DNA of 64,000 bases, taken from assembly GCF_052425735.1 (NCBI RefSeq), contig NC_135760.1:14384001-14448000 (forward strand). The letters run 5' to 3'. Positions 37,840-49,055 of the stretch are shown one piece after another (position 1 is the stretch's first letter; every line of letters begins with the position of its first letter). The DNA comes from Oculina patagonica (lineage: Eukaryota). The position numbers were made by a program, and so were the translations under genes. A model generated the notes under the pieces. That model saw only the letters and a program-made list of their open reading frames with translations. It ran no database searches and was not told the origin of the DNA.

Positions 37840-40800
37840 TCAGTGCTCATGACCGTCATCTTCATAACCCTCAGGTAAGGCATTGGCATGCGGGTTGTGG
37901 AACAACGAGTGATTACCATCACCCCATGGGAATGCCTGCAAAATAAAAACATAAATTTAGCAGTAATTTAGCTGTATGTCATTTAGCAATGTTGCTATCA
38001 CCAACCTTCTTCCTTAGCCTCAGATGGGTATATGGCACAAATTCAGCCCTGGGATGAGAGTGGTGCTCTTTCTCCTTTAAGATGGCATTATATGCACAGA
38101 TGAGACACCCAGGGATGGCAACAAAAAATGAAATCATCTTCCAGGTCTTCATGGTTGCTAAAGAGAGAAAGTAAGAAAAGAACTTTCTAAGGCTTTCAAT
38201 TGCATTTTATTATCAATGTTAACTTTACTTGAAATATTCTTTTTCTTGTCCATCTTCTTTCATTTAATTAACTAACTAAGTAAAGTGCATTGAAATTCCA
38301 GCATGAACTCCAAACATTAATGAACAAACTTGTGCATGGACGAGAGGGTGTTGTTTTATGATTTGAGGCTGAAAATGTTCTTAAGATGTTCTTGTTACAT
38401 AATGGTATTTCAATAAAACCTTGTGAACGTGCCCAGGAAACGTATCAAAGAACATTGTTCACTGTTGTGATGTATCAAGTTGCTTTTGACATGCCTGCTC
38501 TCTGTGGTCTGGTGCCGTGGACAATTCAAGATGTCCCACCAACCAACTGTTGATAAATTTAGCTTTAAAAAAGCATTGAAGACAGAGGTTCACAATGGCC
38601 AAAATAAAGACGTTCTTAGCTCATCTGACTTTCAGCCTGGGGTATGTTCTTGGACAATCTCAGCCTCAACGTTCTTATAAAAAAGTGTACTCTGAACACA
38701 ACTAAGTTTGGACTTTATTTCTTTCATAATGTATTGAACTTGTGTGAATTATATTTCTGATGCAAAGCCAGTCTTGCTACTACCTAGGAGGTGGGAGAGG
38801 ACGCGGGTGGCGGCGGCGGGACGAGGAGACTGGGCGAGGCCCCACTGGTCAGCGTGCAGTGAGCGCGGTCGGTACAGACCGATGTGAGAGGACGGACGAG
38901 TGAAGAGGGAGGGGCGGGTCAGGGGAGGAGGGGAGTGACGAGAGTGGGCGGCGTGGCGGGTGACGACCCTGTGCGGGACGGACGGGGCGGGGACAGCGGC
39001 GGGGCCGGGACAAGGGAGGGGCCCCGAGCAGGACCCCCACTGGAACGGGGGTCCCGGACCCCTCACCTAGTGGGAACCGCTTAATAAACATTTGTTAGCT
39101 TCCTTGCATTTTAGGAAATAGAACAGTAGATATTCATAATGCAAGTGCTGTAATATTTCTATTACTTATCAAATTAAACAATATGGCATTGCCATAAAAT
39201 GGGAGGTGGGATCGGATACTGTAAAATTCCAGTTACAACTGTATATACCCCCCCCCCCAATTATAAGCCCCCCTGGTTATAGACGCATCTCTCTGGAAAC
39301 AAAAAAAACATCCAATTGTAAGCCCACCCAGATATAAGCCCCCTATGCCAGATGGTCGCCAGTCAGATCGCTCCATAGTTAGATCGGTCCAAACTGAAGT
39401 GACTTCGCTTTAAGTTAAAAAAAAGTGTCTATCAAGATGATCGAGTACTTAGTTTTGCTCATAGCTTTCGATCCCTCCATGTTTTAACTTTATAGTCTTT
39501 ACTTCTTACTACAGATTGTTTAAGATGTATCGCGATGATCAAGTAATAAACTTAGGTTTTGTCTGTACGTTATAAGTAAAAGTCTGAAGTAAAAGTTGAA
39601 TCAAATACAGACCATGTTATTTTGTTGTTCGTTTCACCGCAAAAAAACTGTCAAACATTTTCTCAGAACCGTAGATAATCCAACGACATTTAGGATGTTT
39701 GGCAATTCAAGCGCGCCCAAAATCAGTTGATTGTTGCGTACTACGGCACACTAAATAGACTGTCAAACGTGGTACAGTCAACTCTCTCTAAGACGGACAC
39801 CGTCGGGACCGGCTCCAAATGTCCATCTTAGAGAGGTGTCCGGCTTATAGGGAGTCGAGGTAACGTGACACCAGTAATTCTGAGATAATAAAGCTGAACC
39901 TATGCACAATGAATACATGTCTGTTCTGAGTCTGTTTAAAGTCGTTTACTTTAGCAAAACCTACAAACTGGAACAAAAATGATATCAGAAAATTAACTTG
40001 TTTGTTCATTACAATGTTTAGTTTTACAAAGTGTAATACTGTAAGTAGAAAACTTTGATATCTTTGGTGCTCATGCACTTAAGAGAGGCAATCTGTTATG
40101 GCGGTTCGTTTTTGGAGAGAAAGTTTGGTATCCTCAGAGCGCTGACTAACTTTGCTTAAGAAGTTTTGAACTACTATTCACTAAAAAAAACCCTTTCTCA
40201 AGTGTCCGTTGACAGTTTCAAAGTGTCCGTTGTCCGTCTTAGAGTGGTGTCCGTCTTATAGGGAGTTTAGTTACAGTAAAATGACTGAAAAACGGCAGGG
40301 ACCAACACAAGGTGTTCGTTTTATAGAGGTGTCCGTCTTATAGAGGTGTCTGTTAAGAGAGAGTTGACTGTAGTGTCAAAATAAATTTTTCCGATTGTTC
40401 CTTGCTTGTGACAAGCTGACAAAAAACAAATTGTTCAAGTTAGTTGTTTATACTTGTGACTATCTTGACACTTCTAACTTTTTCGATGGGGTGATCTGGC
40501 TTTTGTTGGGAGCGATCTGACAGGGAGCGATTTGACCATGGTGCGATTTCACCACAATTCTGCCAGATGATAGTACTGAACATGGCCAAATGTTGCTTTA
40601 TTATGTGTTTTTAACTTAAAAACGTGTTTTGATCAACACTCCCGTGGCTCATTTTGAAAAGTTTTTTTCATTCTGCTTTATATAAGCCCTCCCAGATATA
40701 AGCTCACACAAAGTTGGATAAGCCCAGGGCTCAAAACCGGAATTTTACGGTATTATAAATAATAATTGGCTGATTTGACATGATCAGCTAACAAAAAGTT

Positions 40801-41103
40801 ATCTTAGGTTTACATACATTTATATGTTAACCATGATCATGAGTTCAAGTTTCAGATATGGAAGTATACTTGAATTAGTGTACAAACCCATAGTTTTCAA
40901 TCATGGCGTATCCGATATTAACGTCACTACATTTTTACAACTTTATAATGGAAATCACAAGACAAGAACCAATCTTCAAACTTACATGCAGCATGTTTTT
41001 GTTCAGCCAGCTCCTTCTGTACTAAAGGAGACTCTGCAGAAGCCCCATTTGAGAAAAATCGCCTTGAAACCAAGTTCAATCGGGAAAGTATGCGCGCCGC
41101 CAT
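37840..41103 (-). CDS. COX6A: Cytochrome c oxidase subunit 6A, 3 exons: 41103-40986, 38157-38006, 37935-37840; ~121 aa
   Basis: Arg-rich mitochondrial presequence; [13 protein letters not shown] transmembrane segment; [28 protein letters not shown] signature. Confidence 0.95.
39355..40560. mobile_element. Middle element flanked by a 9-bp direct repeat (Mutator-like TSD)
   Basis: tgccagatg at 39346-39354 and 40561-40569; subterminal agatcgctcc / ggagcgatct motifs. Confidence 0.55.
39775..40370. mobile_element. Inner Tc1/mariner-type MITE
   Basis: ta|cagtcaactctctct ... agagagagttgactg|ta; repeated gtgtccgtcttatag motifs. Confidence 0.75.
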
Positions 41104-41273
41104 CTTGAAACTCTTCGACTGGTGCTGATAGCGTCGAACAGACGTCTGGGATGTCCTCAAGATAGACCAATCAGAGCTCGCCTTATATTGCACCACCAAG
41201 AGAATCCAAAATGGCGGCTTGACCTTTCACTCATTCACAAGAGTTATTGATTGTAAAAAAAAATATTCAAAAA
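41104..41273. promoter_or_regulatory. Putative bidirectional promoter between COX6A and the RWD-GTPase gene (170 bp between ATGs); CCAAT box, YY1-like motifs, 3-codon uORF at 41211-41222
   Basis: gaccaatcag at ~41165; caagATGGCGGC (-) and aaaATGGCGGC (+). Confidence 0.6.
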
Positions 41274-41992
41274 ATGGATTATTTAGAAGAACAAAGAGAA
41301 GAAGTTGAAACATTGAAGTCTATATTTCCTGAAGAATTCTCAGAGCTCAGTGTTTTTCCACCGACGTTTATGATCAGAATTGATGACCTAAACATTTCTT
41401 CTTCTGTTTCATCCATTCAGCTGAAGATTTCTCTTCCGGAAAAATATCCGGACGAGATTCCTTCCTTCGAGATCCCAAACCGCTCCAATGCAATGCCAAA
41501 AGACTTCATAGAAGAACTAATCACCTTCTTACGATGTTCATGTGAACAGTATATTGGAATGCCTATGGTGTTTGGTCTGGTGGATTCAGCCAAAGAATGG
41601 ATCAATGAAAACGCGGGAAAGATCAACAGCTTGGAAAAAGATGAATCTGTAGTGGTTGAAACTGATGGAGAAGTCAATGATCAAGACTCAATCAACTTAG
41701 AAAATGTAAAAGACAAGCTAGAAATGATCAATGCAAAGGGTGGAAAATGGAACTTTGTCATTGGCCTTATTGGTAATTATTAATTTTTGGTAATAATTTG
41801 CATCAATGGCAAAACTCGTGTTTCTGATTTGTTTTCCATGTGCCTATTTAACAATTAGACTACGAGCCCGGGTTTTTTATGAGAAAATATTCAACGGGGG
41901 GCGGGCGGGTGTTTTTTCTCTATAGAGAGAGAGGGGGGGTATTTTTTTTTTTTTTTAAAAAAAAAGGAATAGTATAACAAAAAAACAAAAAT

Positions 41993-42028
<36 letters not shown>

Positions 42029-42071
42029 TTTCTTAAATAACTACCCACGGGCGCCTGTTTTTTTTCACAAG

Positions 42072-42103
<32 letters not shown>

Positions 42104-44601
42104 CCCATCTAAAAAAAAAAAAAACAGTTTATTATCATTGTTATTGGAGCACAATTTCATGGTTGGATACTTATGTCACTTGCATACCAGGCTGCATTTT
42201 ATGCAGGTAACACCAGATCTTCAGCATGGATAAAGGACCTTGGCATTGACTTTATTTAAATACCTTTGGCATACCTTTGGTGTGGTGTGTACACGGTCAT
42301 GCAGCATGGCTTGCACATCGATGATTTGTACTTCAACGGCTTCTTTCTGTTTCACCACTGTTTGAAGGGGGGGGGCACTTTCATAAAAAAATTTCCTGCA
42401 CAGAAAAACGGCTGAAAAAAATCATGCAATGGGAGCCATGGGAAAAAAAAATAAAAAACATCTTGCATAACCTAATGGTGAAAAAAATATCTTGTTGAGA
42501 AAAATTGCCCCCCCTCCCCCCCCCCCAAAAAAAAAAGTAATTTATAATGCTACATCCTTAACCAGAATGATCGTTAGAGATTGTTTGGCAGTCGACCACC
42601 AGCAATCCCTCTTTTCCCAAACTTCTTTAATCAAGAAAGGGGAAAAAGGAGCATGAGGATAAATGAGCTATTCACACAACTGTAGTCATGTTTTGCACTC
42701 AAGAAGGGGCACCCCATCTTTCATGTTTTTGCTTGAGTACCACCCAATACCAACCCCCTCCTCCCATCCCTTAGTCATTGTCCTCATCTTGTAAGCTCGT
42801 ACAAACAATAACAATTATAATTATTGGTGTTGTTACAACAAATTGTATTTCTTTTGTAGGAAAACCTTCTGCTGGAAAATCAACATTCTTCAATGCTGCC
42901 ACTCACCAAAACATGGCTAAGATAGGGGCCCACCCATTTACGACAATTGAGCCAAATATAGGCCAGGCATTCTATTCAATACCATGTCCATGTGCACAGT
43001 GGAGTCACAGATGTCAAGCACGGTACGGTCACAGTGCTCTAGGTGAAAGGTTTGTTCCAGTCTTACTCAAGGATGTGGCTGGTTTAGTACCCGGTGCATG
43101 TGAAGGAAGAGGACGGGGAAATAAGTTTCTGAATGATCTGCTGGATGCTGATGTGCTTGTTCATGTTATTGACCTGTCTGGGCAGACTGATGAAGATGGA
43201 AAACCTACCACAGGTATTTAACACTATTGACTGGATTGATTTGAAATAACCAATCAGCACACTGATTTTATGTTTGGGGGATCGTCAAGTGACTGTGATG
43301 AGGCTCTACTTGATTTGCACTGCAGGGCTTGAAAAGAAGTGCTGTCTAATTGTCTGACAAGGAGATTTTCCTGCAGGGCAAGTAACATTTCTTGCTCACC
43401 AGCCTGATGCGCAAGGGCCTTGGCAAGTCATCTGCTAACTAAATCATACTAAAACGTAAACAAAACAGGCATGCCCTGGCCAAGCAAAATTTGAGAGCTG
43501 CTTGCAGTTCAAGTTTTTTTTCTTGAAAGCCCTGCACTGTCTAAAAAAATAGTGGCTAAAAGAAATTATTTTAACTTGTTGAATTGTACATACTTTGCCA
43601 TCCTTTAGTGAAATGCCTCATTGCTTTTGAAGATATGTTCACTCCTTCCAGGGCTAAAGCTTAAAACCTGAATTACAAACAGTGATTTCTCTCTTTTGTC
43701 ATCAGAGTATGACCCCAGAAGAGATGTGGAGTGGATTCAACAAGAACTTCACAGATGGATTTATGATAACATCATGGACAAATGGGATTCTATTAAAAAG
43801 AAACCATCTAAACTCCGTGACATGTTTACTGGGTACCACACCTCGCAAGCACTGATTCAGCTAGCATTTGACTCCACAGGAATAACAGACGAAAAGCTTC
43901 TCGCTATTCCAAGGATGGAAAAAGCAAAGGCTGAACTTTTGGTGCACAAAATAGTTGATAATTTTTTGCGGCTACGCTTTCCTATTCTGTTAGCTCTCAA
44001 CAAAGTTGATCTTTCTGATGCTGCTGATAATCTAAAGAAGTTTCAAGAACAGTCTAATGACATGATAATGGTCCCAGTTAGCGCAAGAAGTGAGTGTGCT
44101 CTACAACAGAAGTGCAAAGATGGTCTCATATCATACCAAAGTGGAGCATCGCATTTCAATTTTAATGTTCAGCAACAAGATGAAAATGACAGGTCTGACA
44201 AAGAGTTAGCAGATATCAAAGACAACATTCTTGAAGTTTTTGGTGACACTGGTGTTCTGCGAGCCTTGTCACAAGCTGTAAGTCTGCGGTCACCAGTGTA
44301 TGCATTTCCTGTCAGCTGCCTTGACACCTGTCAATCAATCAGTATCGTTACAAATGAGAAACACCAAGTTCTCAGGGACTGTATTGTGTTAAAACCAGGC
44401 ACAACAGTAGGGAAACTTTTTGATATTATGCTTTATCCACCAGTTTCTCTTCTTGCTGGAGAGTATGTAAGAGCAGAAGGGATCAATTCAAATGGAGTGA
44501 AAAGTGTGTTACATAAACATGACCTTGTGAATGAGTCAAACCAGATTATTAAAATTATGAGCACAAAGAAAGCTTCTTCCTCAGCAAAGACAAGAAATTA
44601 A
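41274..44601 (+). CDS. RWD-domain + Ygr210/archaeal YchF-like Obg-family GTPase with C-terminal TGS-like domain, 3 exons: 41274-41772, 42860-43213, 43706-44601; ~582 aa
   Basis: RWD (EEQREEVETLKSIF, EKYPDEIP, GMPMVFGLV); G1 GKPSAGKS, G2 PFTTIEPN, CPC..C insert, G3 DVAGLVPGACEGRGRGNKFLNDL, G4 NKVD, G5 VSA; C-terminal DCIVLKPGTTV...IIKIMST. Confidence 0.9.
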
Positions 44602-44679
44602 AAACTATTTTATCATAATTGTCAGTTTTAACAAAACTGATGTGGATTGAAAAACAGATTGAAATTGAGTATCTGTTAA

Positions 44680-45072
44680 TTGCGTTCGACGGTAGGAGAA
44701 CGCATCCTAATCTTGCGGTGGCCTGTGGCCCCGTGGTTGTCCTGTGAACGCGCAAGCGAAAGTGGTTCTATATGTGGTACTATGTATGTCGGTATGTGGC
44801 AAGTTGGCCTCGATCTCATGTGATTAGACATTAGAAAGCAATTAATTGCGTCACAGCAACATCAACAATGACATTAAGCCGCAAAGACACCGCGCGCAAA
44901 AACAATTCAATTAAGCCGATACCGCTAGGCTGCCGCTGTAAACAATTTTTGCGTTCGATGGTAGCAGTCCGTATCCTAATCTTGTGAACTGTGGCCCTGC
45001 GGTTGTCTTGTGAACACGCAAGCGAAAGTCGTTTTATGTGTCGTTCTATGTATCTTGGTATGTGGCAGGTTT
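44680..45072. repeat. Two diverged ~125-bp direct repeats (~270-bp period) between convergent genes
   Basis: ttgcgttcga(c/t)ggtag...atcctaatcttg...ctgtggccc...ggttgtc...gtgaac.cgcaagcgaaagt...ggtatgtggca at ~44680 and ~44949. Confidence 0.75.
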
Positions 45073-45684
45073 GCTAATTAATGACGTCGGAGTTTCTTTG
45101 CGAGAGACCTTGGGAACGAGGTTGATTCGTTCTAACGATCTTCTTCGGTTTGCATTTGCGTTTTCCGCAGTCCTCCTTTTAACAGTAGTAAAAAAATTGC
45201 TGTGCTGCCTCGTGCACTGTTGGATTGAGATTGTTTTTCTGATAGTTTAAAGTGATGTTGGATACGCGCTTTATGTTGCACGCGCGGTCGTTTTAAATTT
45301 GTATGACGATATAAACAGTCGTGTAATTCGGATTACGTTTGCTAGCCTTATCTTGGGTACCTATCTTGGGTCGAACGCACTCCCCTAATCTCTGATTATT
45401 ACTAGTAATAATTAATAAAGTTTATCACAATTTGTCAAACTGTATTTGTTTAATAAATATGTTTAGGTACACTTTTAAAAAATGACAATATTTGATAGCA
45501 AACCATGCATTAAATAATGTTTTGTGCAATTAAAGAAAAAATCGAGCAGTTGGCTTTCCAAGGTAGAATAAATATTTCTTTCTCCATGACATATTTTTTG
45601 TAAAAAAAAAATGGACAATAAACTGTTACATGCTGAGCAAAATTTGTTTTTAAATTTGCTGTAATGCATACAGTGTAGACGGCA

Positions 45685-48600
45685 TCATGTTTCCTTGCTC
45701 TCTACTGATAATACATCCTTCACAAAGAATTCATCTTCAGTGTAAAATTTCACTCCACAATTTGCTGCAAATTCCTTATCACTTGCACCATGATCTTTTT
45801 TCCTTCCAGCTGCGTCACCCACAAAGAAACTTTTCTTTTTGTCTACTTTCACATCACCATTACAGTTTTGGCAAAAGAACTCCCACATTCCTGTGTTGGG
45901 TTTACGATAGGCATCCTTTGATGTGGCCACAAGGATCTGGAATGGCAGATCTACCTAGAGAAAGAAAATCATAGAGAAAAATATTTGCAGAACTAGAAAA
46001 AGAGGAAAATAATAAAATAATAAGAGAAAGAAATTTGCAGAATGATTCAGCCAGTATATAATTTTACTACCAAGGATTGTAGGTGTGCAGAGTGCTATTT
46101 TGCTGTGTTTGCATTTGCATGTGATGCACTGGATATTTCTAAGCCTGGATAGACATGGAGAGGGTGACAGCTACATATCACTTAACACGCATTGCATGCC
46201 TATGTTGCTTGGTAAATTCCTTGGAAGAAGAGTTTTATTCCCAAAGTGATCAAAGTCCTGGACATTCTTTTATGACTTTTATATTATGACTTTAATACTC
46301 TGCTGACAAAGGTGATAAAAAAATTTGATGGCACATAATGCTAAGATGTTTATCAGAGAACAAAGGTATAGGTTGTTGGCATGCATTAAAACCTGAAATG
46401 AAACGAAATGAAATCACAGTATTTCACTCCAACTTGCTTGCGGTTATAGCTTTCACTCCAGTTTGCTTGCAATTAGCTTTTATTTGTTGTTTAGGTTTTG
46501 TTTTGTTTCTTTTCCTTTTGGTGGTTTTGTTTTGGGTTTTAGTACATGACATAGGATGTTGAGGTTTATCATGTAATAGGTCTGGGGGGGGGCAAAAGAA
46601 AACAGATATATTGAGTAATCAAAATTGTTATACTGTATTTGCTAATTATTTAGTTGCCATGGTTTGTCTTTTTTTTCATTGTTTTAATGTGCCCCTGAAT
46701 GACCTAGCTATGTTCTTTGATTTTGTACAGAACAGAAACTTCACCCCATGACCATCTTACTCTTTGCAAGGAAACTTTTCAATGACTCCTGCAGCTATTC
46801 ATGCAATAAATTATGGTGAAAGTCTGATCAAGAAATGAAAGTCTTGTGTTATGAATCACTGTTCTGCTTGGGGGGGGGGGGCCCTCACCCCCACTCTTTT
46901 CACCATTGAGATATGTCCTAAATCATACAAGATCTCAAGTTACCTTTTTGAGAAACCCAATGAGTCTCCCTTTCTTTTCATCTATAACCTTCTGTTTTGA
47001 TGCCTTGGCTTTGCCTATTGCAGCTTGATTGGTGAAGATAACAAGTTTATATCCACTCTTGTGTAGGTTTGTGAGCTTCTGTATACAAGTTGGATAAAGA
47101 ATGGACCAGGCATCTGGTCCATGTTTGAATAAAGATGTCTTGGCTAAAGTACCATCAAAATCAAAACTGGCAATTTTCTCTGAATGCTGGATTTCCTGTG
47201 ATTCATAGTAGAATAAGGTTCCTTTCCACTTCCAAGTGGGTGTTGAATGACTGGTTCCTTGTGATTTTGACATAACAGTGCTGTTTAAGTCCATTTCTAG
47301 AGAAAGAACAAGTTATTTTTGTTAAAAAATTATATAAAGCTTAAGCTAAATTAAGTTAATTATACCCAGAAATGCAGGAGTCATGCAGCCAGAATCCCAG
47401 GGGGGGGGGGGGGGGGGAAGGGTACTCGGTATTTCATGTGACGGGGATGATCAAAGGTTTTTTTGGGTTTGAAATTTTCGATTCCGGGATTTTTTTGAGT
47501 AGGAAAATTTGGCAAGTATTTTTGTGATTTACAGTGCGACTACTCGAACCGGGACACCCTGAACAAAATTAACCAATCACAGTGTTAATTGAAAACAAAG
47601 GATAGGGACTTTTTTTGCAATGGACCAATAACGTTCTAGAATGTAAACAAAAGATTACCTACAAAATTTGAACTGTCAACAACATCACAAACAGATGCGG
47701 ACCTCTCAGGAAACTCGCCTTGTTTTTGATTGGTTAGTTTTGATCCATAATTTTCAAGAGGTCAAGATGTATGTGACCCTTTTCGCGAAACGTTTACGAA
47801 TCAAACCACGAGACCATATTTTTTTTTCACAGCCAAGAGAATTGAAGATTCTACACTGTGTTCACTCGACTTTTGTGAAAAATTTCACACTGGGAGTAAA
47901 ATGAAGACCGTGAAATCAAAATCACGCCGTCCACATCTGTTTGTAACGTTGTTGACAGTTCAAATTTTGTAGGTACATGTAATCTTTTGTTTAGGTTGTT
48001 GAATGTTATTGGTCCGTTGCAAAAAAATGTCCTTATCCTTTCTTTTCAATTAACACTGTGATTGGTTAAGTTTGTTCAGGGTGCCCCGGTTCAAGTAGTC
48101 GCACTGTAAGAAGGGATGTTTTTGGGTATTAAAAACACTCTGAAGATTCAGGGTTGTGCCTTGGCTGTATAGTTCTGCGAATAGAGTACAAACAACCGTG
48201 TTTGCTGTTGTCTTATGAGGGTCAATTTTTGGTCTAGAGATTTTTTTGGATCTTGATTTTTGCCCCCATTCGATCATCCCCGTCACTTGAAATCCAGAGT
48301 ACCCCCCCCCCCCCCACCCGTGGGCCCAGAATCCAAACAAATTAATTTGTGAAATAATTGTGTGTAAACCAATCACAAATATCACCGCAACCTTCACAAC
48401 CTTCACACCTGCGACATTAAATCACCAAACGTGTTGCGAGAGGTGGGTGATGTATGAAATGCATGAGCAGGGGTCGCGGAGCATTTTTCCAATTGGAAGG
48501 AGGGGGGGGGGCTGACGAGTGACTTGAAGTAAGGGGCTTTAGAGACTCCTCCCTTAGTAAGTCTTTATTTTTTCAGAAATATTAGGGGCGGGCTAAGCCC

Positions 48601-49055
48601 CCAGCCCCCCGGCTCCGCGGTTCCTGATGAGCTTGCAATGGTGAAAATTATATATTCAAACAATATTTTACTTCATTGAACAAACAAAATTTGGCTTATC
48701 CCAGCTAATCCTAGTAGGGATGTAAACAGACTGGGGTCTAAAAAACCCTGTAAAACTCATCAGTGACGTAAAACAAAGAAAAAAAAAAAACAGGGAGCAG
48801 GAAAACAATAGTTACAAAACAAAGAAAAACTTGCATGTTTTAACACCGAGCAAAAATGCAAAAGCTGAAATTCAGAGCTTATACTTTTAAAGTAAAGCAA
48901 AAGTAACCGAAGGCAAAACAAATCAACTGTCTCTTGCCTTCTTTACGTGCTCCAAAGAAGCGTTTGATGCTATTTGGTTTTCCGTCGCCTTCATCATCCT
49001 CGACCTCTTCTATTTTCCTCTTCGCTGATTTTGAACTGCCCTCCTTTTTCGCCAT
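45685..49055 (-). CDS. Stand-alone HAD-family DNA 3'-phosphatase (PNKP phosphatase domain / Tpp1-like), 3 exons: 49055-48947, 47296-46944, 45954-45685; ~243 aa
   Basis: KIASFDFDGTL, LVIFTNQ, YRKPNTGMW, SFFVGDAAGR..DH..SD..FAAN; stop soon after the phosphatase domain; no FHA or kinase domain. Confidence 0.85.
47532..48106. mobile_element. Tc1/mariner-type MITE with long (~150 bp) TIRs, nested in the 47396-48320 repeat
   Basis: ta|cagtgcgactactcgaaccggg ... ccggttcaagtagtcgcactg|ta. Confidence 0.8.

Larger units (their letters stand above)
39219..40750. mobile_element. Outer TA-flanked MITE of a three-layer nest in COX6A intron 1
   Basis: ta|ctgtaaaattcc ... ggaattttacgg|ta, with ataagccc motifs in both halves. 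Confidence 0.65.

Noticed and set aside
38749-39091. Pro/Gly/Arg-rich ORFs
   Set aside because: By-product of extreme GC content inside an intron; no splice or homology support
41870-42125. Stretch of long A/T/G homopolymers (ORF 41920-42108, poly-Phe)
   Set aside because: Looks like a garbled copy of an interspersed repeat (it starts aacaattagactacgagccc) with inflated homopolymers, i.e. low-quality consensus; no biological reading supported
41274-44601. Calling the GTPase OLA1 or DRG1/2, or calling exon 1 RWDD1
   Set aside because: G4 is canonical NKVD (unlike OLA1), motifs fit the Ygr210 type rather than DRG, and exon 1 lacks the DFRP C-terminal region and runs into the G1 strand; no gene symbol assigned
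48930-48950. Possible GC-AG intron donor (AAG|gcaaga) for 3'-phosphatase exon 1
   Set aside because: A same-phase canonical GT donor (CAC|gtaaag) lies 9 nt away; cannot be decided without cDNA
201-49055. A horizontally acquired island or functional gene cluster (ICL, YdjC, Ygr210-type GTPase, 3'-phosphatase)
   Set aside because: The genes are interleaved with ordinary animal housekeeping genes, share no pathway, and all have normal introns; nothing indicates joint acquisition
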